Assembly (NCBI RefSeq): GCF_963921235.1 | Contig: NC_086108.1 | Coordinates: 92,568,001 to 92,632,000, forward strand | Origin: Mobula hypostoma | Lineage: Eukaryota | DNA: 64,000 bases | Direction of reading: 5' to 3' | Shown here: piece after piece, positions 12,016 through 24,849 of the stretch | Position numbering within the stretch: the stretch's first letter is position 1 | Layout of the letters: every line of letters starts with the position of its first letter | The notes under the pieces: generated by a model | Database searches by the model: none | Told to the model about the DNA's origin: nothing | What the model saw: only the letters and a program-made list of their open reading frames with translations | Position numbers and translations under genes: made by a program

Positions 12016-13499
12016 CTGTAAAGCGTCGTGCTAATCACTACACTATCGTACCCCACTCCCCCCAATTTTCATATTTCTTAACAAAACTGTGCTGTAGTGC
12101 TGAGGAATTAATATGGAGCTCTTATTTTTTTGTCACATTTATATTTCAATTTCCAGCCTTGAAACAAATCCCAGATGAATGAAACAATATCTAATGTAGC
12201 TTAGGCAGGATTGAGGAACTTGTCAAGGCATTTATTATGTTAGAGGTACTTTGTAAATAGAAATTGTTAACATTACATATATTAATAATGTGATCCATTT
12301 CTTGCATGGTTTGAAATGTACACTTGAGAATCATGTTACCATTAAAGGTGTGTGAAACTTAGTACTCATTGTAAAATACTAGTCTGGAAAATATCCCTTG
12401 AGTACTTAGGCATTGCCGTCTGAAGAGTACGAATAAAAATAAGGACCACACATGTAACTACGGTCAGTTGAAATTGCATTTGCTGCTTTTTTTGCATCCA
12501 TGGATGCTGTTGATTCTTGACAGAGGTTTGGATTTTGAGTCCTTACCAAATGACATATGCATCTTGGCAGGGGTTTTGGCACGTTATCTGACCACAGGGA
12601 GACCCTGTAGCCAAACATGATTCTTATTCTCACTTAGAGACTGAAGAAATTTTTGAATGGGTGATATTGTAGCAGCAGTTTTTCCTTTGCTTTGAGGAAG
12701 GCAGCTGATGACCCTTTGATGTTTTAAGACCGTAGGACATGGGAGTAGAACAAGGCCATTCATCCGATTGAGTTTGGTCCTCCATTCCGTCATGGCTAAT
12801 TTATTTTTCTTCTCAACCTTGTTCTCCTGTCTTCTCCCTATAACCTTTGCTGCCTCTACTAATGAAGAACCTATCAATATCTGCTTTGAGAGGACCACTG
12901 GATTAAATTACTCATCTTGGACTTCTTTGACTTTCTTGGCATTGGACACAATCTCATTCTGAGCAGAGGGGCCCATGAAAGATTTCAGTACTGGATGTGC
13001 TTCATTTGCTCTGAATTTTATTACGCTGTTTTTGTGAAATATGTACAGTGTATGTCACCGTGTGCCACTCTGAAGTGTATTTTCTTGCAAGCATTCATAG
13101 AAGAACAAGGAAATGTAATAGAATTGTTGAAAAACTGCACAAAAACATTACTGACAAACATCCAGTGTGCAAAAGACACAAACTGTGCAAATACGGAAAA
13201 ATAACAATAATAATAAATAATACTGAGAACATGAGTTAGAATCCTTGAAAGTGAGTCCATAGGTTGTGGAATCAGTTCAGTGTCGAGGTGAGTGAAATTA
13301 TCCCCACTGGATCAGGAGCCCGATGGTCGAAGGGTAATAATGTTCCTGAACGTTGGGATGTGCTGAAAGGAAGTTCCCCAAGGTGTTTTAACCTTTGAAG
13401 TGTTACCACTGTTGCATTGTGGGAAATGCATTTTGTGCAGAGCAGGCTCTCACGAGTTTGTGTTGACCAACAAATTTGCTTTTCTGTTGTTAAACGAAG

Positions 13500-13750
13500 G
13501 TTAAGTATTGGGTGGGAAGAACTCAACTGCTCCTCCCTGCAGTGGTGCCAGGAGGTCTTTTGCATACACTTGTCAAAGCAAAGGCTTAATATTTCATACT
13601 AAAGCCACCACATTTAGCTGTGTGGCTTCCTCAGTACCTCACTTCAGTATCTTTTTTTATGTTGCTTGAGTTTCTGTTGGAGGCCTTTGAGGTCACAAAC
13701 TTCTAACCCGAAGGCAAGTATAGTACCCTCTGAACTAAGTTGGCTCATTG
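13500..13750 (-). mobile_element. Ancient Deu-domain SINE-like remnant
   Basis: Degenerate similarity to 21200-21545, 39600-39935, 51740-51930 and 58480-58740. Recognised from memory of the SacSINE1/AmnSINE-type layout. Confidence 0.4.
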
Positions 13751-15039
13751 TAAACCTTAACCCTGGGACTTTTGGTTGATTAATGTTGTGATTTAATACT
13801 TCCTTCACGCGCTCATACATTCAACTTTGTTACTTTTATTAATCGTTTCATACTAAACGTACTGTGGAATGAAACTAGCTGTTGATAACCTGTCAATAAG
13901 TCAACAACGGTGAATAGGGCACAAACTAGATTTTGATCTTTGGTATCCTGGGGGATTTTACTTCTCTCCAGCAAGTAATAGCTACTTGCCCCATTTGCCT
14001 CAGCACAGTGCTGGATAAAGAAGAGAATGGTTCCTTCTACTTGATGGCTATTTCCTGAATGTACTGGAAAATGCAGGTGTTGACAGTATTGACTTGAGGG
14101 TGGTCTAACTTGCTGAAATGTATATGTTAGCAGATGAATTAGGAGCATTCATAGGCCACCCACTCCAAGACCGCTCTACCCGTCATTGGTCAGATTATAA
14201 GCTCAACACTGCACTTACATCTACCTGTGATAACTTTTCACCCCTATGCTTATCAAATATCTATCAACCTCTTCCTTATTTCAAAACGTTTAATGACTCT
14301 TCGAAAAAGAGAATTCCAAATACTTACAAACCATTGAGAGAAAAATAATTTCACCCTCCTGTCTTTGCTAAGAGGGGGATTCACTTGTACTGGATCACCC
14401 TACAAGAGGAAATGTCCTCTCCACATCCATCCTCATAATATGCTCCAGAAATCCGTATGTTTCAATCAAATCTAGTGACTCTTAAAAATTCCAGTGTGTC
14501 TGACCATTTCTCATAAGACAACCCCCTTACTCTGGATATGAATCTAATAATGTTCTCTGAACTGCTTCCAGTTTATGAACATTCTGCCTTGTATTGACCT
14601 CCCTATATTTTACACAGCTCTCAAGATGTGGTCTCACCAAATCTGTCTACACTATACACTCTAGATGTGACCTCACCAGTGCCCTCTGTAAATGAAGTGA
14701 AACCTTCCCTACTACGCTATATATTTCTCACCTAGAGTCATATGGAAAAGAAGTATTAATAAAAAGATTTAAAAAGAAAGAAAAAAGGAAAAGAAGCAGC
14801 CAAGGTCTGAACCTTGCATGCCTACCATCGAATGCTCACCTATATTAAATTCATTTCCAGCACTTTTTTTAAAGATTAAAATTAGTTGTATTTGTCACAT
14901 GTACACCAAAACACATAACAAAATGTGTTGTTTATTTCCAAACAAATCAACGAGGATCCTGCTAGGCGGCCTGCAAGGTGTCAAAGTAGCCTGCCCACAA
15001 CTCACTGACCCTAGACGTACATCTTTGCAATATGGGAGC

Positions 15040-17767
15040 TTTATGTTTTAGGATACATGTTGTATAGAAAGGACAGGCAGGAAGGCAGAGGGGGTAGTGT
15101 TGCTCTGTTGGTAAAACATGAAATCAAATCATTAGAAAGAGCTGACATGGGATTGGAAGGTGTTGAATCATTGTGGATTGAGCTAAGGAACTGCAAGGGT
15201 AAAAAGACCCTGATGGGAATTGTACACAGACTCCCCAAACAGTAGTAAGGATGTGGCCTATAAATTACAACAGGAGACAGATAATGCATGTCAAAAGGGC
15301 AATGCTGCAATAGTCATGGGGTACTTCAATATGCAAGTAAATTGGGAAAATCAGGTTGGCGCTGGATTCCAGGAGGGGGAATTTCGAGAGTGCCTACAAG
15401 ATGGCGTTTTAGAATAGCTCGTGGTTGATCCCACTAAAGGATCAGCTGTTCTGGATTGGGTGTTGTGCAATGAACCAGAATTGATTAGAGAGCTTAAGGT
15501 AAAAGAACTCTTTGGGACAAGTGATCGTAATATGATCCTAAAATTTGAGAAAGAGAAGCTACAGTCAGACATATCAGTTTTATAGTGCAGTAAAGGGAAT
15601 TACAGAGGCATGAAAGAGGAGTTGGCCAGAATTGATCGGAAAAGAACACTAGCAGAGATGACAGCAGAGCAGCAGTGGCTGGAATTTCTGGAAGCAATTC
15701 GAAAGGCACAGGATATATAATCCCAAGAGGAGGACGTATTCTGAAAGAAAGATGACACAACCTTGGCTAACAAGAGAAGTCAAAGCCAACATAAAAGCCA
15801 AAGAGGGGGCATATAATACAGCAAAAATTAATGGGAAGTTAGAGGATTGGGGAGCTTTTAAAAACCATCAGAAGGCAACTTAAAAAAGTCGTTGAGAAGA
15901 TAAAGATGGAATATGTAAGTAAGCTAGCCAATAATATGAAAGAGGATGCCAAAAGTTTCTTCAGATACATGGAGTGTAAAAGAGAGGCAAGAGTAGATAT
16001 CAGACCACTGGAAAGCGATGTTGTATATGTAGTAATGGGGACAATGAAATGGCAGATGAACTGAATCACTTTGCATCAGTCTTCACCGTGGAGGACACTA
16101 TCAGTATGGTAGAAGTTCCAGATGTCAGGGGCCATGAAATGTGTGAAGTTACCATAGCTAGAGAGAAGGCTGTTGGGAAGGTGATATATATGAAGGTTGG
16201 TAAATCACCTTGACCAATTGTTGTGCACCCTAGGGTTCTGAAAGAGGTAGCTGAAGAGATCGTGAAGGCATTATCTTTCAAGAATCATTAGATTCTGGAA
16301 TGGTTCTGGAAGACTGGAAAAATGCAAATGTCACTCCACTCTTCAAGAAGGAATAGAGGCAGAAGAAAGGGAACTCTAGGCCAGTTAGTCTGACCTCAGT
16401 GGTTGGCAGGACTTTGGAGTCAATTATTAAGGATGAGGTCTCCAGGTATTTGGAGGCATATGATTAAATAGGCCGTAGTCACCATGGTTTCCTCAAGGGA
16501 AAATCTTGCCTGACAAGTGTGTTGGAATTCTTTGAAGAAGTAGCAAGCAGGTTAGACAAAGGAGAATCGATTGATGTTGTGCACTTTGATTTTTAGAAGG
16601 TCTTTGACAATATGCCACACACGAGGCTGCTTAACAAGTTACTAGCCCATGGTATTACAGGAAGGATTTTAGCATGGATAAAGCAGTGGCTAATTGGTAG
16701 GAGGCAAAGAGTGGGAATGAAGGGAGCCTTTCCTGGCTGGTCGCCGGTGACTAGTGGTGTTCCACAGGGGTCTGTGTTGGGGCTGATTATTTTTATGTTG
16801 TATGTCAGTGATTTGGATGATGGAATTGATGGCTTTGCGACAAAGTTTGCAGATGAAATGAAGATAGGTGGAGGGGCAGGTAGTTTTTGAGGAAGCAGAG
16901 AGTACAGAAGGACTTAGACATATTAGGAGAGTGGGTAAAGTGGCAGATGGAATACAGTGTTGGGAAGTGCATGGTCTTGCACTTCGGTAGAAAAAATAAA
17001 AGGGTTGATTATTTTCTAAATGGAGAGAAAATACAAAAAACTGAGATGCAAAGGGACTTAGGAGACCTTGTGCAGATTCCCTAAAAATTAATTTATGGGC
17101 TGAGTCTGGTGAAGAAAGCAAATGCAATGTTAGCATTCATTTCAAAAGGACTAGAATATAAAAGCAAGGATGTAATGTTGAGACTTTATAAAGCACTGGT
17201 GAGGCCTCATTTGGAGTATTGTGAACAGTTTTGGGCCTTAGAAAGGATGTGCTGAAACTGGAGAGACTTCAAAGGAGGTTTACGAAAATGATTCCAGGAC
17301 TGAATGGCTTGTCATATGAAGAGCATTTGATCGCTCTGGGCCTATGTTCACTGGAATTCAGAAGAATGAGGGTGACCTCATTGAAACCTATCGAATGGTG
17401 AAAGACCTTGATAGAGTGGATGTGGAAAAGATGTTTCCTATGGTGGGAGAGTCTGAGACTGGAGGGGACAGCCTCAGATAGGAGAGTGTCTTTTTAGAAT
17501 GGAGATGAGGAGGAATTTCTTTAGCCAGAGAGTGGTGAAACTGTGGAATTCATTGCCACAGGCTGGTGTGAAGGCCAAGTCTCTATGCATACTTAAAGCA
17601 GAGGTTACTAGATTCTTGATTGGTCAGGGCATAATGGATATGGGGAGAAGGCAAGAGACTGGGGCTGAGAGGAAAATTGGATCAGCCATGAAGAAATGGC
17701 AGGGCAGATTCGAATTGCCCAATGGCCTAATTCTGCTCCTACATCTTATAGTCTAATGGTCTTATGC
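15040..17767 (+). mobile_element. CR1 LINE, endonuclease through RT and 3' UTR, many stops
   Basis: YRKDRQEGRGGSVALLVK, ESLWIELRN, IVMGYFNM, SGVPQGSVLG, KFADEMKIGG and RNFFSQRVVKLWNSLP. Tail tcttatagtctaatggtcttatg. Confidence 0.93.
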
Positions 17768-17934
17768 TAACTCTTACAATAAACTATAATATACTGTTCT
17801 TATTTAAATATTTATGAAATATTGTGGATGTATCTGCCTCACTCAAACCTTGCAGATTTCAACTTCCCTTGGGTGGAAACTTAAATCGTCAGCTCCTCCC
17901 TCAACTCTTCTTCGATCTGTGCCAGTCACTCTTT

Positions 17935-18748
17935 AATTCAATTTAAAATTGTACATCGTTACTATTTGACAAAGGAGAGGCTGTCTAAAATGTTTCCTAA
18001 TGTTGATAGTCAGTGTGATAGATGTAAAACCAAGACAGCTACATTGACACATATGTTTTAGTCGTGTTCTGTATTGAAACATTTTTAGAAATCTATTTCC
18101 TCTATAATTTCTAAAATTTTAAAAATTAATTTACAAACTAATAAATTGACTGTTTTGTTTGGTATAATCCCTCAATATATTCATGATATTTCTCTATCAG
18201 ACCAACATGTAATTGCAATCGATACATTATTGGCCAGAAGGGCTATTTTGTTGAAATGGAAAGATGCCTCTGCTCCCACTTTGATACTTTGAGTGGTTCT
18301 CTCAGGTGATGCTTTGTCTTAGTTTGGAAAAAATCAGAAGTCAAACTTTTGATCCTCGATTTGATTTGAGAAAAGGGGTTCATTTGCCCATTACTATCAT
18401 CTGATTTGAGTTAATTAATATGGTTTCCTTCGGATTTTTGTTTAAATGGATTTGAGTTGGCGGATTGATGTTTTTCTTTTATGGAAGCTTGTATGGCGTA
18501 TAGCTCCGAGGTTGTGCTCCCAATGGGTTTTTTTTCCTCTTAGTAGGGGTTCTTCTTTTCTTTTTTTTCCAAAAAAAATTCTTAACACTTTATTTTTTCT
18601 TATTATTATTGATATATTGCTTAGCTTTGTTAATCAGTTATTTGCTAATTTAATTCTTCATTGTACATATTGACATATTGACTGGATTACCTTAATGTAT
18701 TTTTTTGTTGATCTTTAATAATAACTAATAAAAAAGATTTTAAAAATG
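17935..18748 (+). mobile_element. L1 LINE 3' fragment (ORF2 C-terminal Cys-rich region plus A-rich tail)
   Basis: Manual translation gives QFKIVHRYYLTKERLSKMFPNVDSQCDRCKTKTATLTHMF*SC. Ends aataaaaaaagattttaaaaa. Confidence 0.8.
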
Positions 18749-19812
18749 AACTCCTCCCTCCCCTTAGCTATAAACTCTGTTTATGGATACCCATCCTAAT
18801 CTATCATATATTTGCCTCAAGATGTATACATCAAGGAGGAACCCCTCAACTTTCTTTACTGCAAAAAAAAACTCGTCATCACTGAAACACTTGATCTGAG
18901 GCCACATCCTGGCGAATCTCCTTTGCTCTCCCTCCAGTGTAAGCATATCCTTACTATATTGTAGTGACTGTGACCTCAGATGACCCCACTAATGTTTTAC
19001 AGAGCCGTAGCAAAACCACCATCCTCTTGCATTGTAAGTCCGAGATAAAGAATCCGAGTTTTTCCATCTGCCTTCCTAACCACCTTATCTCTCTGTGCTG
19101 CTCTCGTCAAGGATTCCACTGTTGTTGAGTGGTTCTTAGTATCCTCCCACTTACTGTGTGAACCCTAGCTTTAGTAGCTCTCCCAAAATGCACCTCCTCA
19201 TATTTAAATTACGTTATTTTCCACCTGCCTTTTCTATGGCCATCCTACCAACCCTCTGATGTTATTTAGTAGCTAAAGGCTGTCGTTTGGACAAAAACAA
19301 AAATCCTTTATCGCGCTCTGCCCTGTATTACTAAGCCAATTAAAGACCCAATTTGCCAAATTGGCCTGGATCCCGGGTTTTCTTATGTTTTGGTCCACTG
19401 TCCCATGTGGGACCTTGTCAGAGACGTCACTAAACTACATGTAGCGACTAAAAACAAGCTAAAAGTCACTGAAAGGCTAAGTGAGGGAGTATCTCACTGT
19501 ATGACGTGCATCCAAGTAACTGAATTCCAAGTTGAAAAAGTAAGTGTTAGTCCTTTCTTACAAACCAACAGTAAAATCATTCGACTCTTCCGTAATTCGT
19601 GTAAAGGTAATTGGATAAGATTCAAAGATGAGCAGTCAGTGAAAAATATGTGCTCCTGACTCACCACCCCCTCTTCATGCCGCCATGCTGGTGAACAGGC
19701 GACTATATTCGTTGTATTTAACCGCCACCCAATTTCCCACGCTGCCTGCTAACAGCTGCCCAAACGCACATGGAATATAACCTTACCCTAGAGTGAGGAT
19801 GGGCTAGACAAA

Positions 19813-20161
19813 TACGAGGGGTGATTGATAAGTTCGTTGCCTAAGGTAGAGGGAGTCAATTTTAGAAAGCCTAGCACATTTATTTTTCAACTTAGTCCCC
19901 TCCTACATTTACACACTTAGTCCAGCGGTCGTGGAGCATACGGATCCCTTCTTTGTAGAAGTCGGCATCTTGGACCTCCAGAAAGTGGTCCACAGCAGGG
20001 GTGATTGATAAGTTCGTGGCCTAAGGTAGAAGGAGATGAGTTATTAACTTCAAACTTTCTGCATAATCACTCAAAGAGTTGAACTGCACGTGCACGTAAC
20101 GAGAGCTGTATAATATATCTCTTTCTAAGTTAGGCCACAAACTTATCAATCACCCCTTGTA
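19813..20161. mobile_element. Mariner-type MITE with TA TSD and an internal third TIR copy
   Basis: Ends are ta-cgaggggtgattgataagttcgttgcctaa and ttaggccacaaacttatcaatcaccccttg-ta. Internal direct copy of the TIR at ~19998-20036. Confidence 0.88.
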
Positions 20162-20474
20162 CAATGCAGATAGTCAATAGATACATGGCTCTTCCACTGC
20201 ACGTGGTTAACATGGAAACAACTTTGTCATTTTCAAGATTAACTTATTGTCAGAAAGTGTATAAATCACAAGTAGCCATAAAGCAAGAAAACTGAAAAAA
20301 AAAACAATTAAAGAAAAAAAGAATAAAAGTAAAAATAAAAATCATGCAATCAATTGAAGTGAACAACAGCAGCATTCCAAACCAAAACTGAGTCCTCAGA
20401 CTGAATCCCAGAGTAGGCCCAAAGCCTCATTTATCAGTTTATCATATTAGCAGGCACGGTGCACAGCAGCCCAT

Positions 20475-20698
20475 GGTCCTCTCTCCTCTCCTGTCAGGTT
20501 CTTTCTTCCCACCCACCTGGCTTCACCTATCGTCTTCTAGCTATCCTCCTTCCCCTCCCCCCACATTTTTGTTCTGGCATCTTCCCCTTTCCTTTCCAAT
20601 CCTGATGAAGGGTCTAGGCCTGAAACGCCGACAGTTTATTCATTTCCGTAGATGCTGCCTGACCTGCTGAGTTCCTCCAGCATTTTGTTTGTGTTGCA
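20475..20698 (+). mobile_element. Penelope 3' UTR and terminal repeat fragment with degenerate hammerhead motif
   Basis: Pyrimidine-rich UTR, then cCTGATGAagggtctaggcctGAAACgccgac and gatgctgcctgacctgctgagttcctccagcattttg. Confidence 0.8.
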
Positions 20699-21199
20699 TG
20701 AGATTCATTTTCTTGCAGGCACCCACAGGAAAACAAAGAAATACAATACAAGTCATGCAACTAACCAAAAAGAAAAAGTACCGAGAGCGAGAACTGCAGA
20801 GTCCCCTTGAGTGAGTTCACAGACTGTGGAGTATGTTCAGTCCTGAGAGGAGGGAAGCTGGTCCAGAGGCCCGGTAGTTGTAGGACAACTGTTTCTGAAC
20901 CTAGCAGCGTGGCATCAAACCTGTGAACTTGGCCCGGTAGCGAGGAGACGGGTCAAATGCAGCCAGGCGAGACGGACTCAGGTGGGGAACCTTGGCTGCC
21001 ACGGAGTAATGAGGCTGAAAATTCACTCTCACAGATTTTATGCTGGGGAGAAAAAAAGGTAAGTAAAGTAAACACACTTTTTAATCTACTTGCATTTTTT
21101 TGACACATGCATAAACGACATGGCCTTACGGTACAGAAAATCTCCCCTTTTCTAGGTACGTAATTCCTTCCCGTAGCTCAAGGGCTGCCTGTATAGAGA

Positions 21200-21545
21200 G
21201 AGTTGCATTTATATAATACCTACCTCAGTCCCAAAGTGCTTTGCAGTTAACTGATTGATAAATGAAATGCCATTCAATTGAAGCTGGGCAGTCTATTTGC
21301 ATACAGCAAGGCCCTGAAGTAGTGTAATCCCTGCAGTTACTTATAACGTTAGTTGAAGTTTTGCTAGGATGTTGGGGAGACACCTTCCCCAGCAGAGTAT
21401 CATGGAATCTATTAGAGAGGCAGCTGAGAGAGAAGGCTGGGCCTTGAGTTTATATCTCATGTGGCAGGTGGTGCCTTTGACACGTCCACTGGACTTGAGT
21501 CCCTGTGAGATGGGAAACTGTTCACCTACCAACCAGTGAAGCCTC
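21200..21545 (-). mobile_element. Ancient Deu-domain SINE-like remnant
   Basis: Contains cccaaagtgctttgcag and gggccttgagtttatatctcatgtggcaggtggtgcctttgaca; similar to other degenerate copies in the window. Confidence 0.45.
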
Positions 21546-24112
21546 AGCATTGCCTGTGGGACTTCAGAAATGAATGGGATCTGTGTCCTGTGCTCTCACA
21601 TGTGGAATGGCCGCGTATGAAGTAACTGCAGCCTGTTGGAAGGAAGTTGCTAACCTCCACAGCCCTGACAGAGAATTCGGGCTGTGGGGCTGGTGACTGT
21701 TCCCCAGTGATTTGCACTATTTAACCAGAACAGAAGTGCTGTGTTCGCAGGCTGCTCTCACAGACCTCTTGGCCAGCTGCCAGTCTCAAGACTGTAATGG
21801 GACCAGGTTTTCTTCTTCTCAGTGGGAGGACGGTGGGCTGAAACTAGAGACTAAACATGGGCTTCTATTTTTTTCTATTCAGCAGCCATTAATATTTTGT
21901 TGAGGTCTTAACCACTGGGGAGGTTGAAGCCGAGTGTCTGCAGGCCAGAGTCCATGTCCCCTGGTGGCTGGAGCTGGAAGCCTCTCCTGGGGTTAAAGTA
22001 CTGTGTATATGCCTAGGTGGGAGGGAGGAATGGGGCTTGTGTTTGCTACTGTTGTTTTGCCGAGTATTGTGGGCCTGCTACGTTGGCACTAGGATGTATG
22101 GCGATCCTTGTGGCTGACCCCAACACGGGCGTGTTGGTGGTAACGCAAACGGTTATTTCACTGTATGTTTCGGTGCACACACAACGAATGAAGTTGAATC
22201 ATTAATCTAATGGAACGTCAGTTACCTGCAAATGGCTGGTTTTGTTAGTTCAGCTGGTTCCTGTAAGATTAAGTTGTGACTCAGGACTGCATGCATTTTA
22301 TTAAATAAGGTTACAGCAATTGAGTAGAAATTTGCAATTAAATTGAAGTTCGTTTTTTTTGGTCAATTTTGACTACTGCTGCCCTGATTCACAGCAGTTT
22401 CATCATTAAGGAGTTCTTGTGTAAATAGAGTGGGAGTGTGTGGGGGGCATCTGGGTTGACAAGAGCAGTTTAAGCTCTTTGTTAGCTGTGAATTTACCAA
22501 GATTGCTAACCAAATAGTAATGACACTTCACTCCCTTCTAGGTTGCTGAGGCCTGGGGTCTGGGCTCCAGCGATCGGGAGTCTTAATTTAACAGCGGGTT
22601 TCTGTTTTCTTTGCTCTGCAGTCCGCTGGCTTCCTTTGAGTGAGGTTGTTTATATTTGAGTGTGGGAGCCAATAGCAGAGGAACTGCACGTCTGCAGCCC
22701 GCTGCATTCCTGTGGAGGAGAAACATCTTAACTGTATTATAACTAGCTGGGGAGGCAAACAATGAATTTATAACACAACTGAGCAAAGAGTCCGCAGCAT
22801 AAGCGGACACACTTCCTTTGGTTATATATCTGTTGAAGTCTACAAATGAAGATTTATTGGAGAGGGAACTTGTGTCTCAGATTTCACGATACTTGGATGA
22901 CTTCACTTTTGGGTTTGCTCTTCCCCTCTCTGTCTCTCTCTTTCCTTCTGCCTCCTCTTTTATCTCTCTGTCATTGTTCTATCTGTCTCTCTCACCCACT
23001 TAGACACAGAATGGAATAATTAATTTTCTCAGCAGTTGACTTCCCACTTCTTTTGCTGTTACTTTACCCCTGTTGATAGTTTCCCCATCCTTTTCCTTCC
23101 TTTCTGAGTTGCTCTCATGACTGTGTTGGTTCCAAGTTTGTAAAAGTTCTTTCACTCACAGGTCTTGTTTTAATTTTAAACGAGAAAGATTGTACAGATG
23201 CTGGAAATCCAGAGCAATGCACACAAAATGCTGAAAGAACTCAGCTGGTCAAGCAGCATCTATGGAGAGGAATAAACAGGCGACGATTCATGCAAGACCC
23301 TTCGTGCATTGAATCGAAAGCCTGCTTCTCACAGATGTTCCTCAACCCGATGAGATCCTCCAGGAGATTGGTGCTTCAGATTCCAGCATCTGCAGTCCCT
23401 TATGTCACCAACGTCCCGTTGAAGCTCTTCTGCACCCTATCCAAAGCCTCCACATCCTTTCTGTAATGTGGTGACCAGAACTGCCCTCACCTACTCGAAA
23501 TGTAGCCTCACCAAAGTTTCTTTCAAGTGAGATGTTAAATCGTCTGACCACTCAGAGATTTCCTTTTGGAAAAGATCACCAAGTCTTGTTTAATATTTAT
23601 CTTTTTATTGTTATTACTAAAAGGAAAATCCTGGTCAATACCCATTTGCCAACCTCACTATTGGCTGCAATATTCCCCATCGTGTAATACTTCAGGAAGC
23701 GTTTAATTGCCAGGAAATAGTCATTGAATAATACAGCCTCGAAACAGACCCTTTGGCCCAACTGGCCCATGCTGTCCACAACATCCTCCCTGTTAGTCCC
23801 AGCTGCCTGCATTCAGCCCATAGTCCTCCAAGCCCATCCCATATATGTACATTGTATATCTAAAGCCTCTTAAATATTTCAGTTATATCTATCTCAACCA
23901 CTTCTGCTGGCAGCTCATATCAGATTCTCACTACTCTATGTAAAGCAGGTACCTCTCAAGTCTATTTTAAATCTCATATCTTGTACCAGTGCCCTATAGA
24001 TTTGGACTCCCCACTCCTGGGGAAAGGCTATGACCATCCACCTTACCTATATCACTCGTGGTTTTATAAATTGCTGAGGTCATCCCTATTTCTCCTGTCT
24101 TCCAGGGAATGT

Positions 24113-24375
24113 GGGGCAGCATGAAAGTGTCGTGGTTCACCCAGCGCTGTGACCCGAGTACATGTGAGGAGTTTGTATGTGTGGGTTTCCTCCGGGTGCT
24201 CCAGTTTCCTCCCACAGTCCAAAGATGTACCAGTTGGAGGGTTAAATTGGTCATTGTAAATTGTCCTCTGAGTAGGCTAGGGTTAAATTGGGGGGGGGGG
24301 GTTGCTGGGCGGCGTGGCTTGAAGGGCCGGAAAGGCTTCTTCCGTTTCTTCCGTGCAATATCGCAATAAATAAAT
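24113..24375 (+). mobile_element. V-SINE/HE1-like SINE inserted in a minus-strand CR1 tail
   Basis: Core gtgggtttcctccgggtgctccagtttcctcccacagtccaaaga and an aataaataaa tail. Confidence 0.75.
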
Positions 24376-24849
24376 AGACAATCTTAAAAAAATCCAGCAT
24401 GGCCAACTGTTCTCTATAATTCAGGCCCGCTAGTCCAGGAAGCATGCTTATAAATCTTGACTGCACTCTCTCCAGCTTGACAATGTTTTTCCTATATCAT
24501 TGCCATATGCATTCATATCCAAATTATTTATATAAATAATAAACAGAGGTCCCAGCACTGAACCCAGGGGCACCCCACTAGTCACAAGTCAAGTGGCGGA
24601 CGTCCAGTTGAAATGCCCTGGTGTTGTGAAAGAAGCTATGTAAATGCATGCTGACAACTATCACAGTACAGGTGCTAAGAGTGGCTTGAAGTAACGGGAG
24701 CTTTTTGAGGAGTATCTGTTACTTGTATGTTTTTAAGTATGGTTTAATAACCGGATGTGTCTGCCAACTATTTACCAAAGAACTATGTTTTTGAACACCT
24801 GGTATTAGCTGTTGGCAGGCCACCCATTTCAGGTAGCCAGAGGCAACGA

